64,000 nucleotides of DNA from Candidatus Latescibacterota bacterium (GTDB lineage Bacteria; Latescibacterota; UBA2968; GCA-2709665). The DNA lies in contig CBDDDZ010000002.1 in NCBI GenBank assembly GCA_965226795.1, positions 1 to 64,000 of the forward strand. The letters run 5' to 3'. Made by a program: the position numbers and the translations under genes. The notes beneath the pieces are model-generated. The model saw only the letters and a program-made list of their open reading frames with translations. It did not search any database and was not told the DNA's origin. How positions within the stretch are numbered: the stretch's first letter is position 1; the number at the start of each line of letters is the position of its first letter. Shown piece after piece: positions 19,788-30,011 of this stretch.

Positions 19788-21114
19788 TGTCCGTGCCCCC
19801 CTGTTTGAGATGCCGCTCAAACCGGATCCCTCCGAGAATCACCCCGATACCGCACAGGATGAAGACCAATGACTTGAGGAGCAGATGCGTTTCCCACTGT
19901 ATAAAGTTGTGGAAGACAACCCACGCCAGAAGCAACAGACCCGTCCAGAAGGATGTCCTTCGATGGACCTTTACCGCCGTATAGAGCAGACTGACCCCGA
20001 TTGCGGCGACGGCCAGATAAGCCCCCAGGGATATCACGACAGCATGCATGGTCAACATACCTGAGGCCAGGAGGACGCCGGCAACGAGTACCGCTATCGA
20101 GCGGTGTCTCAGGTCGGTCCTCTCCGGAGGCGTCCGGATCACGGAGACCCAAACGGCAATTGTCGCGATGCACACCAGCCCGAGCGGTACCGTCCACAAC
20201 CATCCGGCGGACCGCCACGTGCGCGTTGAAAGTTCGCTTGCGACTTCCTGGAAGGATATGATGTACGCGAGCAGCAGAATCCCCGCCAACCCGACAATCC
20301 TCGCGATCATCCCCATCAGCCGCGCGGATTCGGTCCTATGCAGCCGAAGCCCCATGCCGAAGAGGAACGTGGCGGTTACGGCAACGGCGAGAACGGCCGG
20401 CCAGTACTCGCCGCTGTCGAACCCCGCGCACACGGCGGTTGCCGCCCCTGCCGCCAAAATCACGCCGGTAAAGGCCGCGGCACTGCGACGCATCAGAAAC
20501 GGAAGCCCTGCGACCACGATTGTGAGTGGATACCAGCAGAATGCGTGCGGGTTCCCGGCCGTGTGGCCGCAGAACCAGGCGAAACTCGTCGCGCACGTCA
20601 GGAACATGCAGGGTCCGCTCATCGTCGCATAGGCAATAACCGCCGTTCCGAGCGCCCAGACTCCAAAGGCGCCGTAAGGTTCGCCGTGCAGATTGAACAT
20701 CTGCGCGATCAGTACCACGTTCGCTCCAAAGACCAGCCCGCCCAGCACGATGAGGGCCTCCCCGAGTTTTCTGCGGGTTCCCGACACCTTCCACAGGTAG
20801 AACCCCGCGACTTCGCAGGCAAGCAGCGTACTCACAAGGAGCGCCATTCTCAAGGGCACGGGGATCTCTTCCCATCTTGACGCCACGAAGCTGATCGCGC
20901 CCCCTCCGATCAGGCAGGCTCCGATCAGATAGAGCGCCTGTACAAGCAGGCCGCCGGATTTCTCCGCGACCTCGCCCAGCCCGTAGCGTTTCGATATCGC
21001 GGCGGACTGATCGGAATCGACAACGCCTTCGTCCACCCAGGCGCCAAGCTCGCGTCGAAGGGTTGCCCGGAAAGTTGAGGACACCCTGCGGATGCCTGAA
21101 TCGCTTTCGTTCAT
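19780..21114 (-). CDS. DUF2157 multi-pass membrane protein
   Basis: ELGAWVDEGVV, IGGGAISFVASRW, GANVVLIAQMFNL; many TM segments. Confidence 0.85.
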   Translation of the reverse strand: MNESDSGIRRVSSTFRATLRRELGAWVDEGVVDSDQSAAISKRYGLGEVAEKSGGLLVQALYLIGACLIGGGAISFVASRWEEIPVPLRMALLVSTLLACEVAGFYLWKVSGTRRKLGEALIVLGGLVFGANVVLIAQMFNLHGEPYGAFGVWALGTAVIAYATMSGPCMFLTCATSFAWFCGHTAGNPHAFCWYPLTIVVAGLPFLMRRSAAAFTGVILAAGAATAVCAGFDSGEYWPAVLAVAVTATFLFGMGLRLHRTESARLMGMIARIVGLAGILLLAYIISFQEVASELSTRTWRSAGWLWTVPLGLVCIATIAVWVSVIRTPPERTDLRHRSIAVLVAGVLLASGMLTMHAVVISLGAYLAVAAIGVSLLYTAVKVHRRTSFWTGLLLLAWVVFHNFIQWETHLLLKSLVFILCGIGVILGGIRFERHLKQGGTDNG

Positions 21115-21322
21115 CGCAGCCTTTCTTTCGACCCAACAGAATCCGGGAAGTCACAATTCTGTCGCATTTTGACTTCGCTGATTTTGACCCAACAACACAT
21201 TACGAAAAAACAAACCGGCAGTATTGAGTCAAAAGGCCGAGATGGGGATCCGCTTTCTCTCTTTCACAGGTTACAGAAAACCAAAACTTCCCATTCAGGC
21301 CGTAACCTTGCTTTTCTCATAA

Positions 21323-22425
21323 CTATGCCAGATTATCCGTGTAACGAATTGCTTGCCGCTTGAACATTGATGAGTACACGCCTCTGATCGACATCAACTC
21401 CTCATGCGTGCCCTCCTCCACGACTCTACCATCTTCAAGAACAACGATCCTGTCAGAAATTCGAGCGAGGGAAAGCCGATGTGTAATAATCACGGAAGTT
21501 TTGTCCTTTGCAATGTCTGCTAGAAGGGAGTGTATTTCATACTCCGTTTTCGGATCCAGGGCCGCAGTAGGCTCGTCCAGGATTACCAAGCTGCATCCCG
21601 ACAGCCTCATGAAGGCTCGAGCAAGTGCTACCCGCTGCCACTCCCCTCCAGATAGTTCAATACCGTCATCGAGTTCCCTTGTTAAGTGCTTGTCCATAAA
21701 TCCTGGCCGCGTCTTAAGGACCTCACGAAGTCCGGCACCGGTGGCTGCGGCTTCAATAGCATCCCTATCACACAGGTTGTCAATTGACCCGATGCCAATG
21801 TTCTCTGCGCCCGAAAGCGGAAACCGCGCGAAGTCCTGCATCACCGTACCGATTCTTCGTCTTAGATCCGCTAAGCCAATTTCCCTGATATCCATACCAT
21901 TCCAGGAAATTGATCCCTTCACAGGGTCGAAGAGCCGACATAGCAACTTTACAAGCGTGGTTTTTCCTGCTCCGTTCTCTCCAACAATTGCAACTGTCTC
22001 CCCGGCTCGCAGTCTCAGATTAATGTCTTTCAGTACAAGACGAGTTTCACCGGGATACGAGAAGGACAGTCCGTCAATGTCAATGGCTGTTTCATCTCGT
22101 TCAACGATTTCTCCGCCTTGATCCTTCAGTTCTGGTTCAAGATTGAGAATGCGAAAGATAGGCCCGATAGCTAACCCAACAGTCCGAAGCCTGGACGTAT
22201 TGGCGACCAGGATGAAGATGCTGCGCTGTTCCTGGTACACAAGACCAACGTAGAGCGCTAAATCGCCGACCGAAAAACGCCCATCCAAGACTGCGAGAAC
22301 AACGTACACGAACGGCGCACCTACTCCGACAACGCTGAGTAGCGACCAAAATAGAATCTGATAAGTTCCACGCCTCGTCACCTCGTAGCTTTCGCTGAAG
22401 GCAGACCAAAACTTATCCTTCCAAC
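21323..22425 (-). pseudogene. ABC exporter (permease+ATPase), 3' part, IS-interrupted
   Basis: GENGAGKTT, LSGGEWQR, ILDEPT; frame continues up to the IS boundary. Confidence 0.9.
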
Positions 22426-24240
22426 CCTGAGCCCACTCCGAAAAGTCGTGTTTACTTAACCAGGGAAAAGTACTAAATTCGAGGTGTCAACAGGTTGCAA
22501 TGTTTCAGATTGATGTTTGATCACAAAGAAGCGAGGGACATATGTTTAGAAGGAGTGCCCTTTCAAGTCAGCCGGATCTGTTTAGCAGCTTCGAGTCGCA
22601 TTTCAAAGGTCCGAAGCTGGATCGGCTAAATGATCCGGCCGCCTGGAATAATCTGTTCTACGAGCACATCACGTCAAAGGTCGATGAGGATATTTTTCGT
22701 GTGGTGTTTGACCCTGACATAGGCCGTCCCAATGCGCCGATCCGGCATCTGGTGTCGATGATGATCTTGAAGGAGGGCTTTGGGTGGAGCGATGCCCAAC
22801 TTTTTGAGCAATGTCGGTTCAACATCCTGGTGATGGGGGCATTGGGGTTGGTGAATCTTACGGATGAAGTGCCTGTCGAGTCCACGTATTATCTGTTCAA
22901 GCAGGCTTTGTATGCGTATCAACTGAAGACCGGTCGCGATCTGGTAGGAGAGACCTTTTTCAGCTTAACAAAGACGCAGGCCAAGGCCTTTGGTGTATTG
23001 GGTCAACAAATCCGAATGGACAGTAAGTTGATCGGCGCCAACATTGCCTTGTGTTGTCGGTTGCAGTTGGTGGTTTGTTGCTTACAAGGGTTCTGGAGGT
23101 CATTGGACAAGGATGAGAAGGGACGATTATCGGCAACGGATCAGCAGGTTTTGGAGGATCTGATCCAAGGGAAGCCCCATCAGGTTGTCTACCGTCTCAC
23201 CCCTACTGAAAAAGGCGAGAAGCTACAGGAATTGGGGCGGTTATTGAGCAGGCTACAAGAGACCTATACCGAGAAAGACAGCGATCGATATGGTCTGATC
23301 GTGCGTGTTTTTGAGGACCAATATACGGTTTTGTCTTCCCCCGAAGAGGTGCTACCCAAGCCGCCGAAAGCGATCTGTTCATCCTCGTTGCAGTCTGCCC
23401 ATGATGACGATGCGGCCTTTCGCAGGAAAGGCGAGAATAAGGTGAAAGGGTATAATGTCAACCTCACCGAGACCTGCGATGAGGATGGCCTCAATTTGAT
23501 CACGGATGTTGACGTCAAACCGGCGACGAGTCCCGACAACGCGTTTGTCCAACCTGCCATTGAGCAGACACAACGCGTGGTGGGTGACGTCTTGGAAGTG
23601 TCAATGGATGGGGCCTATAATGATCAATCCAACGCCGAGTACGCAAAAGAACAGGACAAGCAATTCTATTACAGTGGCCTGCAAGGAACCCCAGGGCGTT
23701 TCAGTTATGAACGCGCAGCAGACGGTGTCAAGGTCATTGATCAACAAACCGGAGAGGTTCAGCTTGCCCAAGAATACAAACCGGGAAAATACAAAATCAT
23801 CATCGATGGCAAACCACGATACTTTAAAGAACAACACATCGACAGTTACCTCAATCGCAAACAGATCGAAGCACTCCCTGCCCATATTAGAAACAGACGC
23901 AACAATGTCGAGGCCAGCATCTTCCAGTTGAGCTATTACACCCAAAATGGCAAGACGCGCTATCGCGGACTGATGCCACACCAACGGTGGGCCTGGTGTC
24001 GTGGCCTATGGATCAATCTGGTTCGGATCAAGAACTACCTCGCTACACCCCTGATGATCCCCGCATAATCGGGGATTTCTTGTGCAAAACCCTGATTGAC
24101 AACACCGAGACCAACCTGGTGGCCTCCCTCTACGTTGATGCGCCGCAGGTCGCTGTAAAATCCCGGCACCACGATACATCCCTATACGCATCGCTGTCCA
24201 CCAACACGAATCCTTCGCGGCCCCCTTTTCGGAGGCGACT
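22426..24240 (+). mobile_element. Insertion sequence (IS1182/IS5-like DDE)
   Basis: Imperfect IR GAGCCCACTCCGAAAA / TTTTCGGAGGCGACTC; CAAC at 22422-22425 and 24241-24244. Confidence 0.85.
22542..24068 (+). CDS. DDE transposase
   Basis: GRPNAP..WSDAQL (DUF772-like), RMDSK, MDGAY, RNNVEASI. Confidence 0.9.
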   Translation: MFRRSALSSQPDLFSSFESHFKGPKLDRLNDPAAWNNLFYEHITSKVDEDIFRVVFDPDIGRPNAPIRHLVSMMILKEGFGWSDAQLFEQCRFNILVMGALGLVNLTDEVPVESTYYLFKQALYAYQLKTGRDLVGETFFSLTKTQAKAFGVLGQQIRMDSKLIGANIALCCRLQLVVCCLQGFWRSLDKDEKGRLSATDQQVLEDLIQGKPHQVVYRLTPTEKGEKLQELGRLLSRLQETYTEKDSDRYGLIVRVFEDQYTVLSSPEEVLPKPPKAICSSSLQSAHDDDAAFRRKGENKVKGYNVNLTETCDEDGLNLITDVDVKPATSPDNAFVQPAIEQTQRVVGDVLEVSMDGAYNDQSNAEYAKEQDKQFYYSGLQGTPGRFSYERAADGVKVIDQQTGEVQLAQEYKPGKYKIIIDGKPRYFKEQHIDSYLNRKQIEALPAHIRNRRNNVEASIFQLSYYTQNGKTRYRGLMPHQRWAWCRGLWINLVRIKNYLATPLMIPA

Positions 24241-25214
24241 CAACGATCGAGGATCAACGACTGGATCCCGAACAACCGAAGCTCCTTTGCAAATTCCTTC
24301 GAAGTCAGGATCCTTTCGAAGATCCCGACCTGCCTTTGAAGACTTGCTTGTCGCGCCTCTACGTTCCACGCCTTTTCGTCGTAATAGAGCTGAACACAAA
24401 CAGACGGCACCATTAGGCCGAAAATCACGATCGGAACCCACCACTCGATCGAAGCTGACAGAACCAATACAGGAATCACCATGAACGTTCCGATCAAAAG
24501 ATTCCCAACTACGGCGGTAAGACTCCTTAGTCTACCAACTCCGCGAAGCGCAAGCTCGAGTTCGTTCAATAGCTCGGGTGTCTCAAAAAGTGCTATATCG
24601 TTAAACGTTGCGACCTTATGATATACCCTCTCCTTTATTCTGCCCTCAACAACCCGCCCAAAAATCGTCACTCGGAATCCCTGAAACGTCTCGATGGAGT
24701 CCATCAGAAGATTGCATGTAACAAAGGCAATCATCCCCACGATAAGAGCAACTGACAAAGATGCATCAACTGAATAGTCCTTGTGCTCCACGACTTCATC
24801 AATTACTATCTTCTGAATGTACAGGATCGCAGCTGGTCCTGACCCGAGGCCTAGCGTTAGGACAACCAGGCGCACTGTCTGACTTGGGGCAGTACGGACA
24901 ACCATTGCCACGCTGGCACAAACGTTTCGAAACTCTTTTGTCATTTCTCTGATTAGGAATTTGATCCGATGATCCGTAACCTTTACAATATCATATAGAA
25001 ATTCAGGCGCAAAACTTGCTTCATTTTCCCACGCAATCGTATGCAGGTCAGGGTGAATTCGGAATTTCTTAAATTCCTCTTCGTTCTTCAGCGGCAAAAA
25101 AACCGGACCCCTTAGTTCATCTTTCAAATCTATTTCTCCCTCCAGACCATCATCGAATCTGAGCCAGATCACATAGTCGTCTACATAGCGAGCTTCAATT
25201 ACACGGGGTGTCAT
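24241..25214 (-). pseudogene. DUF2442 antitoxin-like domain fused in frame to the ABC exporter 5' part
   Basis: First ~80 aa (LRFDDGLEGEIDL, TIAWENEASFAPEFLY) then TM segments and FAKELRLFG. Confidence 0.8.
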
Positions 25215-25218
25215 ATTT

Positions 25219-25254
25219 TCACTCCAGGGGTGGAATCTTGTTCAATGGCAGACG
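25219..25254 (-). pseudogene. C-terminal remnant of a DUF4160-like toxin
   Basis: RLPLNKIPPLE* ending 4 nt before the DUF2442 ATG. Confidence 0.5.
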
Positions 25255-25354
25255 CTAATATGCGCCGCCGAATCATCCGCGATATGCGTCCGTTGCACGT
25301 GCGCCCACACTTTGAGGAAGCCAACCCGCGTGGAACGGTGACGTCTGCCCTGGT

Positions 25355-25798
25355 TTAGTGATCCTTACCGGAGTAGATCCACATGGGCTCCGTCTTGCCG
25401 GCCCTGGTAAACCCGCACTTTCTGTAGAAGTCGATCGCCCGGCCATCCGCAATGAGCACGTGCTGGTGGAAGCCTTCGTATTTTGCCATCAGCCTTCTCA
25501 TCAACTGAGATCCGATACCTTTCCGCTGAAATTCGGGATCCACCAGCAGGTGTGGATAATACACAACGAGATGACCGTCCGAGATGGCATTGCCCAGTCC
25601 GACAAGACGGCCTCCATCCCAGGCCGTTAGCAGAGAATGAGAGTTCAGCAACGCACCGCGAAGCTCGTTCGGTTTGCTCGCGGACGACCACTCATTGGCG
25701 GAATAGAGTCGCAATATGGCATCGAGTGGAATAACCCGGTTTTCGCAGTATTTGATCGAGGAGCCGCTCAAGACGATCTTCCCCTTCCTGGTTGACAT
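25355..25798 (-). CDS. GNAT acetyltransferase
   Basis: LLVDPEFQRKGIGSQL, FYRKCGF. Confidence 0.9.
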   Translation of the reverse strand: MSTRKGKIVLSGSSIKYCENRVIPLDAILRLYSANEWSSASKPNELRGALLNSHSLLTAWDGGRLVGLGNAISDGHLVVYYPHLLVDPEFQRKGIGSQLMRRLMAKYEGFHQHVLIADGRAIDFYRKCGFTRAGKTEPMWIYSGKDH

Positions 25799-25799
25799 A

Positions 25800-26099
25800 T
25801 CATTCTCGTAGATTCCATCGCATCATGTTCTCGATCTGGTCGACGCGGTCCGTATCCCGTGTGATTGCATCCAGCCATTCCAGCTCCGACCGGATGGCGG
25901 CATGCTCCCTGTAACCGGGCCGGCTGACGCGCAAAAGGTATCTGGCGCCTCCGGCTCTGACCAGGAACGTGGCGTTTTCCAGATGTTGTAACGGCCGAAG
26001 CGTGAAATCCCCCAAATTGTAGGTCGCAAGCGCCACGTGCGCAAGGTGTCGAAGGCGGCGCAGCTGCCCTCTGTACGTCAGGTCATCAAATGGAATCAA
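25800..26099 (-). pseudogene. Truncated phosphotransferase (APH-like) N-terminus
   Basis: HLENATFLV, YLLRVSRPG, IRSELEWLDAI; no catalytic half. Confidence 0.7.
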
Positions 26100-26293
26100 G
26101 AATCCAGGCCCCCTCCTTTGCCGTCTCGCGGCATAGAAGCCTTTACAGGACTTCCGAAAAATAGGCCAAGCCGCTTCTTTTTGCAGGAAATCTCAAACGA
26201 CCTCCCCGCCTCCCGGACACTCGTGATGACTGCTGCAGAAGCACGGCGCGACAGCACCGAAGCTCCAGCCTTGCAATTCCGCAAATCAGCCCG

Positions 26294-27058
26294 TTAAAGT
26301 CTCAGACAGGCATTCAACGCCATCCAGAAAAGCGCTTCTCTAACGGACGTCTCTTTTCCCATATTCCTGGGGTCCCATTCGACGCCGCTGACGTCGTCGG
26401 ATCCGTAGAGCAGTTGTGCCAATTGCACACCGCGAAATTGGGCGACTGCAAAGAACGCTGCGGCTTCCATTTCAACCGTTACGCATCCTTCACCACGACG
26501 TCTGGCTATTTTTGCTCTGGTTTCCCGGTAGAACGCATCCGTAGTCCAGGTTTTTCCTATGACGTACCTGCAACCATGCGCCTTCAGGGTCTCAATGACC
26601 GCCTCCACCGCTTCGGGTGTCGGACTGACCTCTCGACTCGGTGGCAGGTAGTGATACGATGTGCCTTCATCCCGCAGGGCAGATGCCGGTACAACGATGT
26701 TTCCGCTTGCGATGGACCGGTCAAGAACCCCAGCACTTCCACAAACGATAAATTTTCGACCGCCGCGAGCTATGATCTCCTCGAGGCATCCCGCAGCAAG
26801 TGGGGCGCCGACTGCGCCCGGAAGAATCGCCACCCGCCGTCCATCATATGTGCCTGAATAGACAGGAATCTCACCCATTACACACTTGACAGGGCGCAAT
26901 GGTCGAAACGTCAGTTGCCGCCTCACGTGTTCGATTGTCTGTCGAAAGTAGCAGATGACGCAATGCTCCGGGACATCGCGATGCCTGATGGCTTTCGACG
27001 GCTCGATAACGGCCTCTCGTTCCTCGTCAAATTCGAGAATCGGAAAGGAAGTCGCCAT
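26294..27058 (-). CDS. Nucleoside phosphorylase (PNP/UDP family)
   Basis: VGAPLAA, RDEGTSYHY, WTTDAFYRE, VEMEAAA. Confidence 0.9.
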   Translation of the reverse strand: MATSFPILEFDEEREAVIEPSKAIRHRDVPEHCVICYFRQTIEHVRRQLTFRPLRPVKCVMGEIPVYSGTYDGRRVAILPGAVGAPLAAGCLEEIIARGGRKFIVCGSAGVLDRSIASGNIVVPASALRDEGTSYHYLPPSREVSPTPEAVEAVIETLKAHGCRYVIGKTWTTDAFYRETRAKIARRRGEGCVTVEMEAAAFFAVAQFRGVQLAQLLYGSDDVSGVEWDPRNMGKETSVREALFWMALNACLRL

Positions 27059-27120
27059 ATCAGATACGGCCTCCTGAATTCGGCATTTTCAACTCCTCTG
27101 AGTGCATGAGGACGCCGGCG

Positions 27121-27759
27121 TCACACGCTCAGTCGCTCCAGAATTGCCCTGGCAACCTGAATTGCCAGAATCTCCGAACCCTCTTCAGTAAAGTGCACAT
27201 TTCGGGGAAGCTGGAGTTCCTTCAGTCGCGGCAGGGCGAAAGCATGGAGATCGTTGACAGTAATGCCAGGCTCGTTCACAATCTCCGTCGCGGCCGCGTT
27301 ATATTCGGCTGCGTCTCCCTTTCTTCGACCGTTGGCGCCCGCTGGTACGGGCGTCGTTGTCGCCCAGATCAGTTTTGCTCTCGTCGCCTTCAGCCTTCCA
27401 ACCAGCTTCCCCAGTCTTTCCTTATACTGGTCGATGGACGTCAACGGTCCGCCTTCGTGCGGGTCGGTGAGTCTGCCCTCGGCATCGACATATTTCAGGT
27501 CGTGCAACCCCCAATTGAAGTGGATGACTTCCCACTTCCGATTGCCCAGCCATTCGTCCAACTGCGCCAGCCCGTGGCTCGTCGGTCCGCAATTGTCAGG
27601 TGGGCGGTGGACGTTCGCCCTGCCTTTGAGGCGTTCTCGAGTCGGAATCGTAAACCCCATCGAAATCGAGTCTCCGATCAGGAGCACTTCCGGCAGGTTT
27701 GGGTCGCCGGTTATCTCTACAAATGAAGCATGGCGTCGGGCGGCGTTGGTATCCGGCAT
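27121..27759 (-). CDS. SGNH/GDSL hydrolase
   Basis: IGDSIS, NWGLHD, NVHF. Confidence 0.85.
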   Translation of the reverse strand: MPDTNAARRHASFVEITGDPNLPEVLLIGDSISMGFTIPTRERLKGRANVHRPPDNCGPTSHGLAQLDEWLGNRKWEVIHFNWGLHDLKYVDAEGRLTDPHEGGPLTSIDQYKERLGKLVGRLKATRAKLIWATTTPVPAGANGRRKGDAAEYNAAATEIVNEPGITVNDLHAFALPRLKELQLPRNVHFTEEGSEILAIQVARAILERLSV

Positions 27760-27819
27760 AAAGAGCCCCTTAGCTTGAATCAGATTTGAGATTGCAAAAT
27801 TGCGTTTTGCACGAAGGTC

Positions 27820-28020
27820 TTTTCCATTTTCCACGGATCACATCTGACGCCGCCGGCGCCATCGGAACCGTATCATATCTGTGCCAATTGCACACTACGA
27901 AATTGAGTGACCGCGAAGAATGCCGCCGCATTCCTCTCAACCGTGGGACATCCTTCCTTTCGGCGCCTTGCGATCCTTGCCCGGGTCTACCGATAAACTG
28001 CGTCGGTTGTCCACGAAGTT
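27820..28020 (-). pseudogene. Decayed nucleoside phosphorylase 3' fragment
   Basis: WTTDAVYR*TRARIARRRKEGCPTVERNAAAFFAVTQFRSVQLAQI*YGSD aligns with the C-terminus of 26294-27058. Confidence 0.8.
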
Positions 28021-28048
28021 TCGACTCACATGTCCAGGTCCCAAGGTG

Positions 28049-28702
28049 TCAGTGATAATGCCGGATTTTCGGATCCCTGAATCGAGCAATCGCCCGGTGT
28101 CCCCAGGTGCCCAGTGCTACCGCTCCCCTGGGGTTTGTATTGAGCGTGACGCGGTTGACGAGCTTCCCGTTGACGTAGCTTGTTATCGAGTTGCCTCGAA
28201 CCGCCAACACAAGGTCGTACTCCCGTTTCGGATGCAGGACGAAGTTGACGACGTCGAGTTTGGTGACCCCACGTTTGCCGCGCTCGTAGGTGCTGATCGC
28301 CATCGCCTTCCACCCACCGAGATAATCGATCATGTACTCCTGGGTATCCTCGGTTATGCCGAAGCGGATCTGAATATTCGCGCCGTGCACAAGCGTGACC
28401 TGGACCTTGAACTCATAGTGTGACCAGGTGCTGTCTCCCTGGACCAGCCGGCTCGATTTTACCAGGCCTCCTGCGTTCAGGATCACGGTGTCTCCCTCGC
28501 GAGACCATACCCTTTCGTCGCCAGACTTCCAGCCCTTCAATCCCTCACCGTGAAGCATAGATTCCCATTCTATCGCGCCTCGCATGCCACCTATCCGCGC
28601 GCGGCCGTAATCGTCCTCCGAGCCGGGCCGATCATCCGCGGCGGCAGGTGACATCACGGACAGGAGGACCAGAGTGAGAATCAGAACTGGGGACGCTGTC
28701 AT
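28049..28702 (-). CDS. Secreted DUF1080 (3-keto-disaccharide hydrolase-like) protein
   Basis: Signal-peptide-like N-terminus, GLKGW, YVNGK, RFRDPKIR. Confidence 0.7.
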   Translation of the reverse strand: MTASPVLILTLVLLSVMSPAAADDRPGSEDDYGRARIGGMRGAIEWESMLHGEGLKGWKSGDERVWSREGDTVILNAGGLVKSSRLVQGDSTWSHYEFKVQVTLVHGANIQIRFGITEDTQEYMIDYLGGWKAMAISTYERGKRGVTKLDVVNFVLHPKREYDLVLAVRGNSITSYVNGKLVNRVTLNTNPRGAVALGTWGHRAIARFRDPKIRHYH

Positions 28703-28757
28703 CGATTTGCCTCCGGATTTAGACTGGCTCGATGCCGGCATGGGACACGTCCCGATG

Positions 28758-28838
28758 GCCCAACCGTAGGGGCAGGTTTCAAACCTGCCCCTGATTCCCT
28801 ATGTCACCGGACGTCGTGAGATATGGGCCTGGTTGTGT
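28758..28838 (-). other. attC-like site interrupted by a GTAG REP
   Basis: Minus strand ACACAAC-CAGG-CCCATATCTCAC...GTGACATAGGG-AATC-[REP 28766-28792]-G-GTTGGGC. Confidence 0.5.
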
Positions 28839-28846
28839 TTCCTTTT

Positions 28847-29884
28847 TCAGAGGTCCTCCATCCATTCAAGGACGAACCGTTCATCGTTGAGATATTTCTT
28901 ACAGGCACCTTCTATAAAACAGGAGAGTGTCAGGAAATCCGCTTTTGGATTCTCCGCGCGCCAGGATAGCAGGCGAATGCAGGATTCGATAAAGAAACAT
29001 TCGATTATCTGCAGATGATTATCGGGTAACGTGTGCTGTTGCCTGTAACCGTCGAGAAAAGCCTGACAAAGCGCGGGATTCATGGGGTTCACGGCGAAGC
29101 ACCATCCCACATCGGCCGGAAAATACCCGAAGCAACACCAGTCAAAATCAATGGGACGGACCTCGCCCCGATGTACGATGCAGTTGCCACACGAGAAATC
29201 CCCGTGAAGTAATCCCCAGTCTTGTGGAGATTTGTCCATTCCTGCGACATCGGCAATGATGTGGGAAGCAGCCTGTTCCATAACTGCGAAATCACCGGCG
29301 CCAACACGGCCTTCATCTGCGGCCAGACGTAAGCGGTTCAGGTTCCGCGGCATGTCTTCGGCTTCGCTCCCGGGACGAAAGAAGCCGTCGGGAAGGGTCC
29401 ATCGACTGCTGTGCCGGTGGAGTTTGCCGAGGACCGTTCCGACATTATGTAGTATACCTGAAGGCAGGTCAACGAACACCTCGTCACTGTAGTTATCCCA
29501 GGCCACCTCGCCTTCGACCCAGCACAGAAGCGTGACGAGAAAGGACCATTCGCCATCGGACTGGAGTTCGGTGATGAAGTCGCCTGACCGGCTGCGGATG
29601 GGTTTCTGAATGACCAGATCGGTGTCGCGGCTCAAGGCTTCGAGCCAGTGAAGGTGGGAATGGACATCCGTTCGATAGCTATGGATATTCCGGTCTCCGT
29701 CGGCATAATATACGGTGACGAGGAAACTGCCAGATGACCCATCTGCACGGAACTTGACCATGTGGTAACCGGAAAAACCGATATGGCCCACTTCTTTGCT
29801 CTCATCGATGGCGACTTTCCCTACATCGTAGTTTTCCAGGGCCAGTCTGGCGGCGTGCAGAAAGTGGAGAAGATGTTCCTTCAT
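28847..29884 (-). CDS. Phosphotransferase (APH/homoserine kinase type II-like)
   Basis: LGKLH, LHGDFSCGN, IDFD. Confidence 0.85.
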   Translation of the reverse strand: MKEHLLHFLHAARLALENYDVGKVAIDESKEVGHIGFSGYHMVKFRADGSSGSFLVTVYYADGDRNIHSYRTDVHSHLHWLEALSRDTDLVIQKPIRSRSGDFITELQSDGEWSFLVTLLCWVEGEVAWDNYSDEVFVDLPSGILHNVGTVLGKLHRHSSRWTLPDGFFRPGSEAEDMPRNLNRLRLAADEGRVGAGDFAVMEQAASHIIADVAGMDKSPQDWGLLHGDFSCGNCIVHRGEVRPIDFDWCCFGYFPADVGWCFAVNPMNPALCQAFLDGYRQQHTLPDNHLQIIECFFIESCIRLLSWRAENPKADFLTLSCFIEGACKKYLNDERFVLEWMEDL

Positions 29885-30011
29885 AGGCTCTCAATCCTGG
29901 TTTCGACGAGTTGAATCTTGAAGTCGGATGGGTCGTTCTGGTGGCAGGTATGCTCCCGGAGTATTTTGTGCCGTGTCGAGCGAGTCTCAAATCGAGCCCC
30001 GACCCGATGTC

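Noticed and set aside
26190..26300. Further attC candidates (also ~32167-32206, ~33540-33602, ~35525-35586)
   Set aside because: Only one plausible box or a weak stem each; too degenerate to list as sites
29881..30011. Possible VOC/glyoxalase remnants (also ~34235-34420)
   Set aside because: Resemblance rests on a few residues (DPSDFKIQLVE; GGKIVRIP) and cannot be supported without a search
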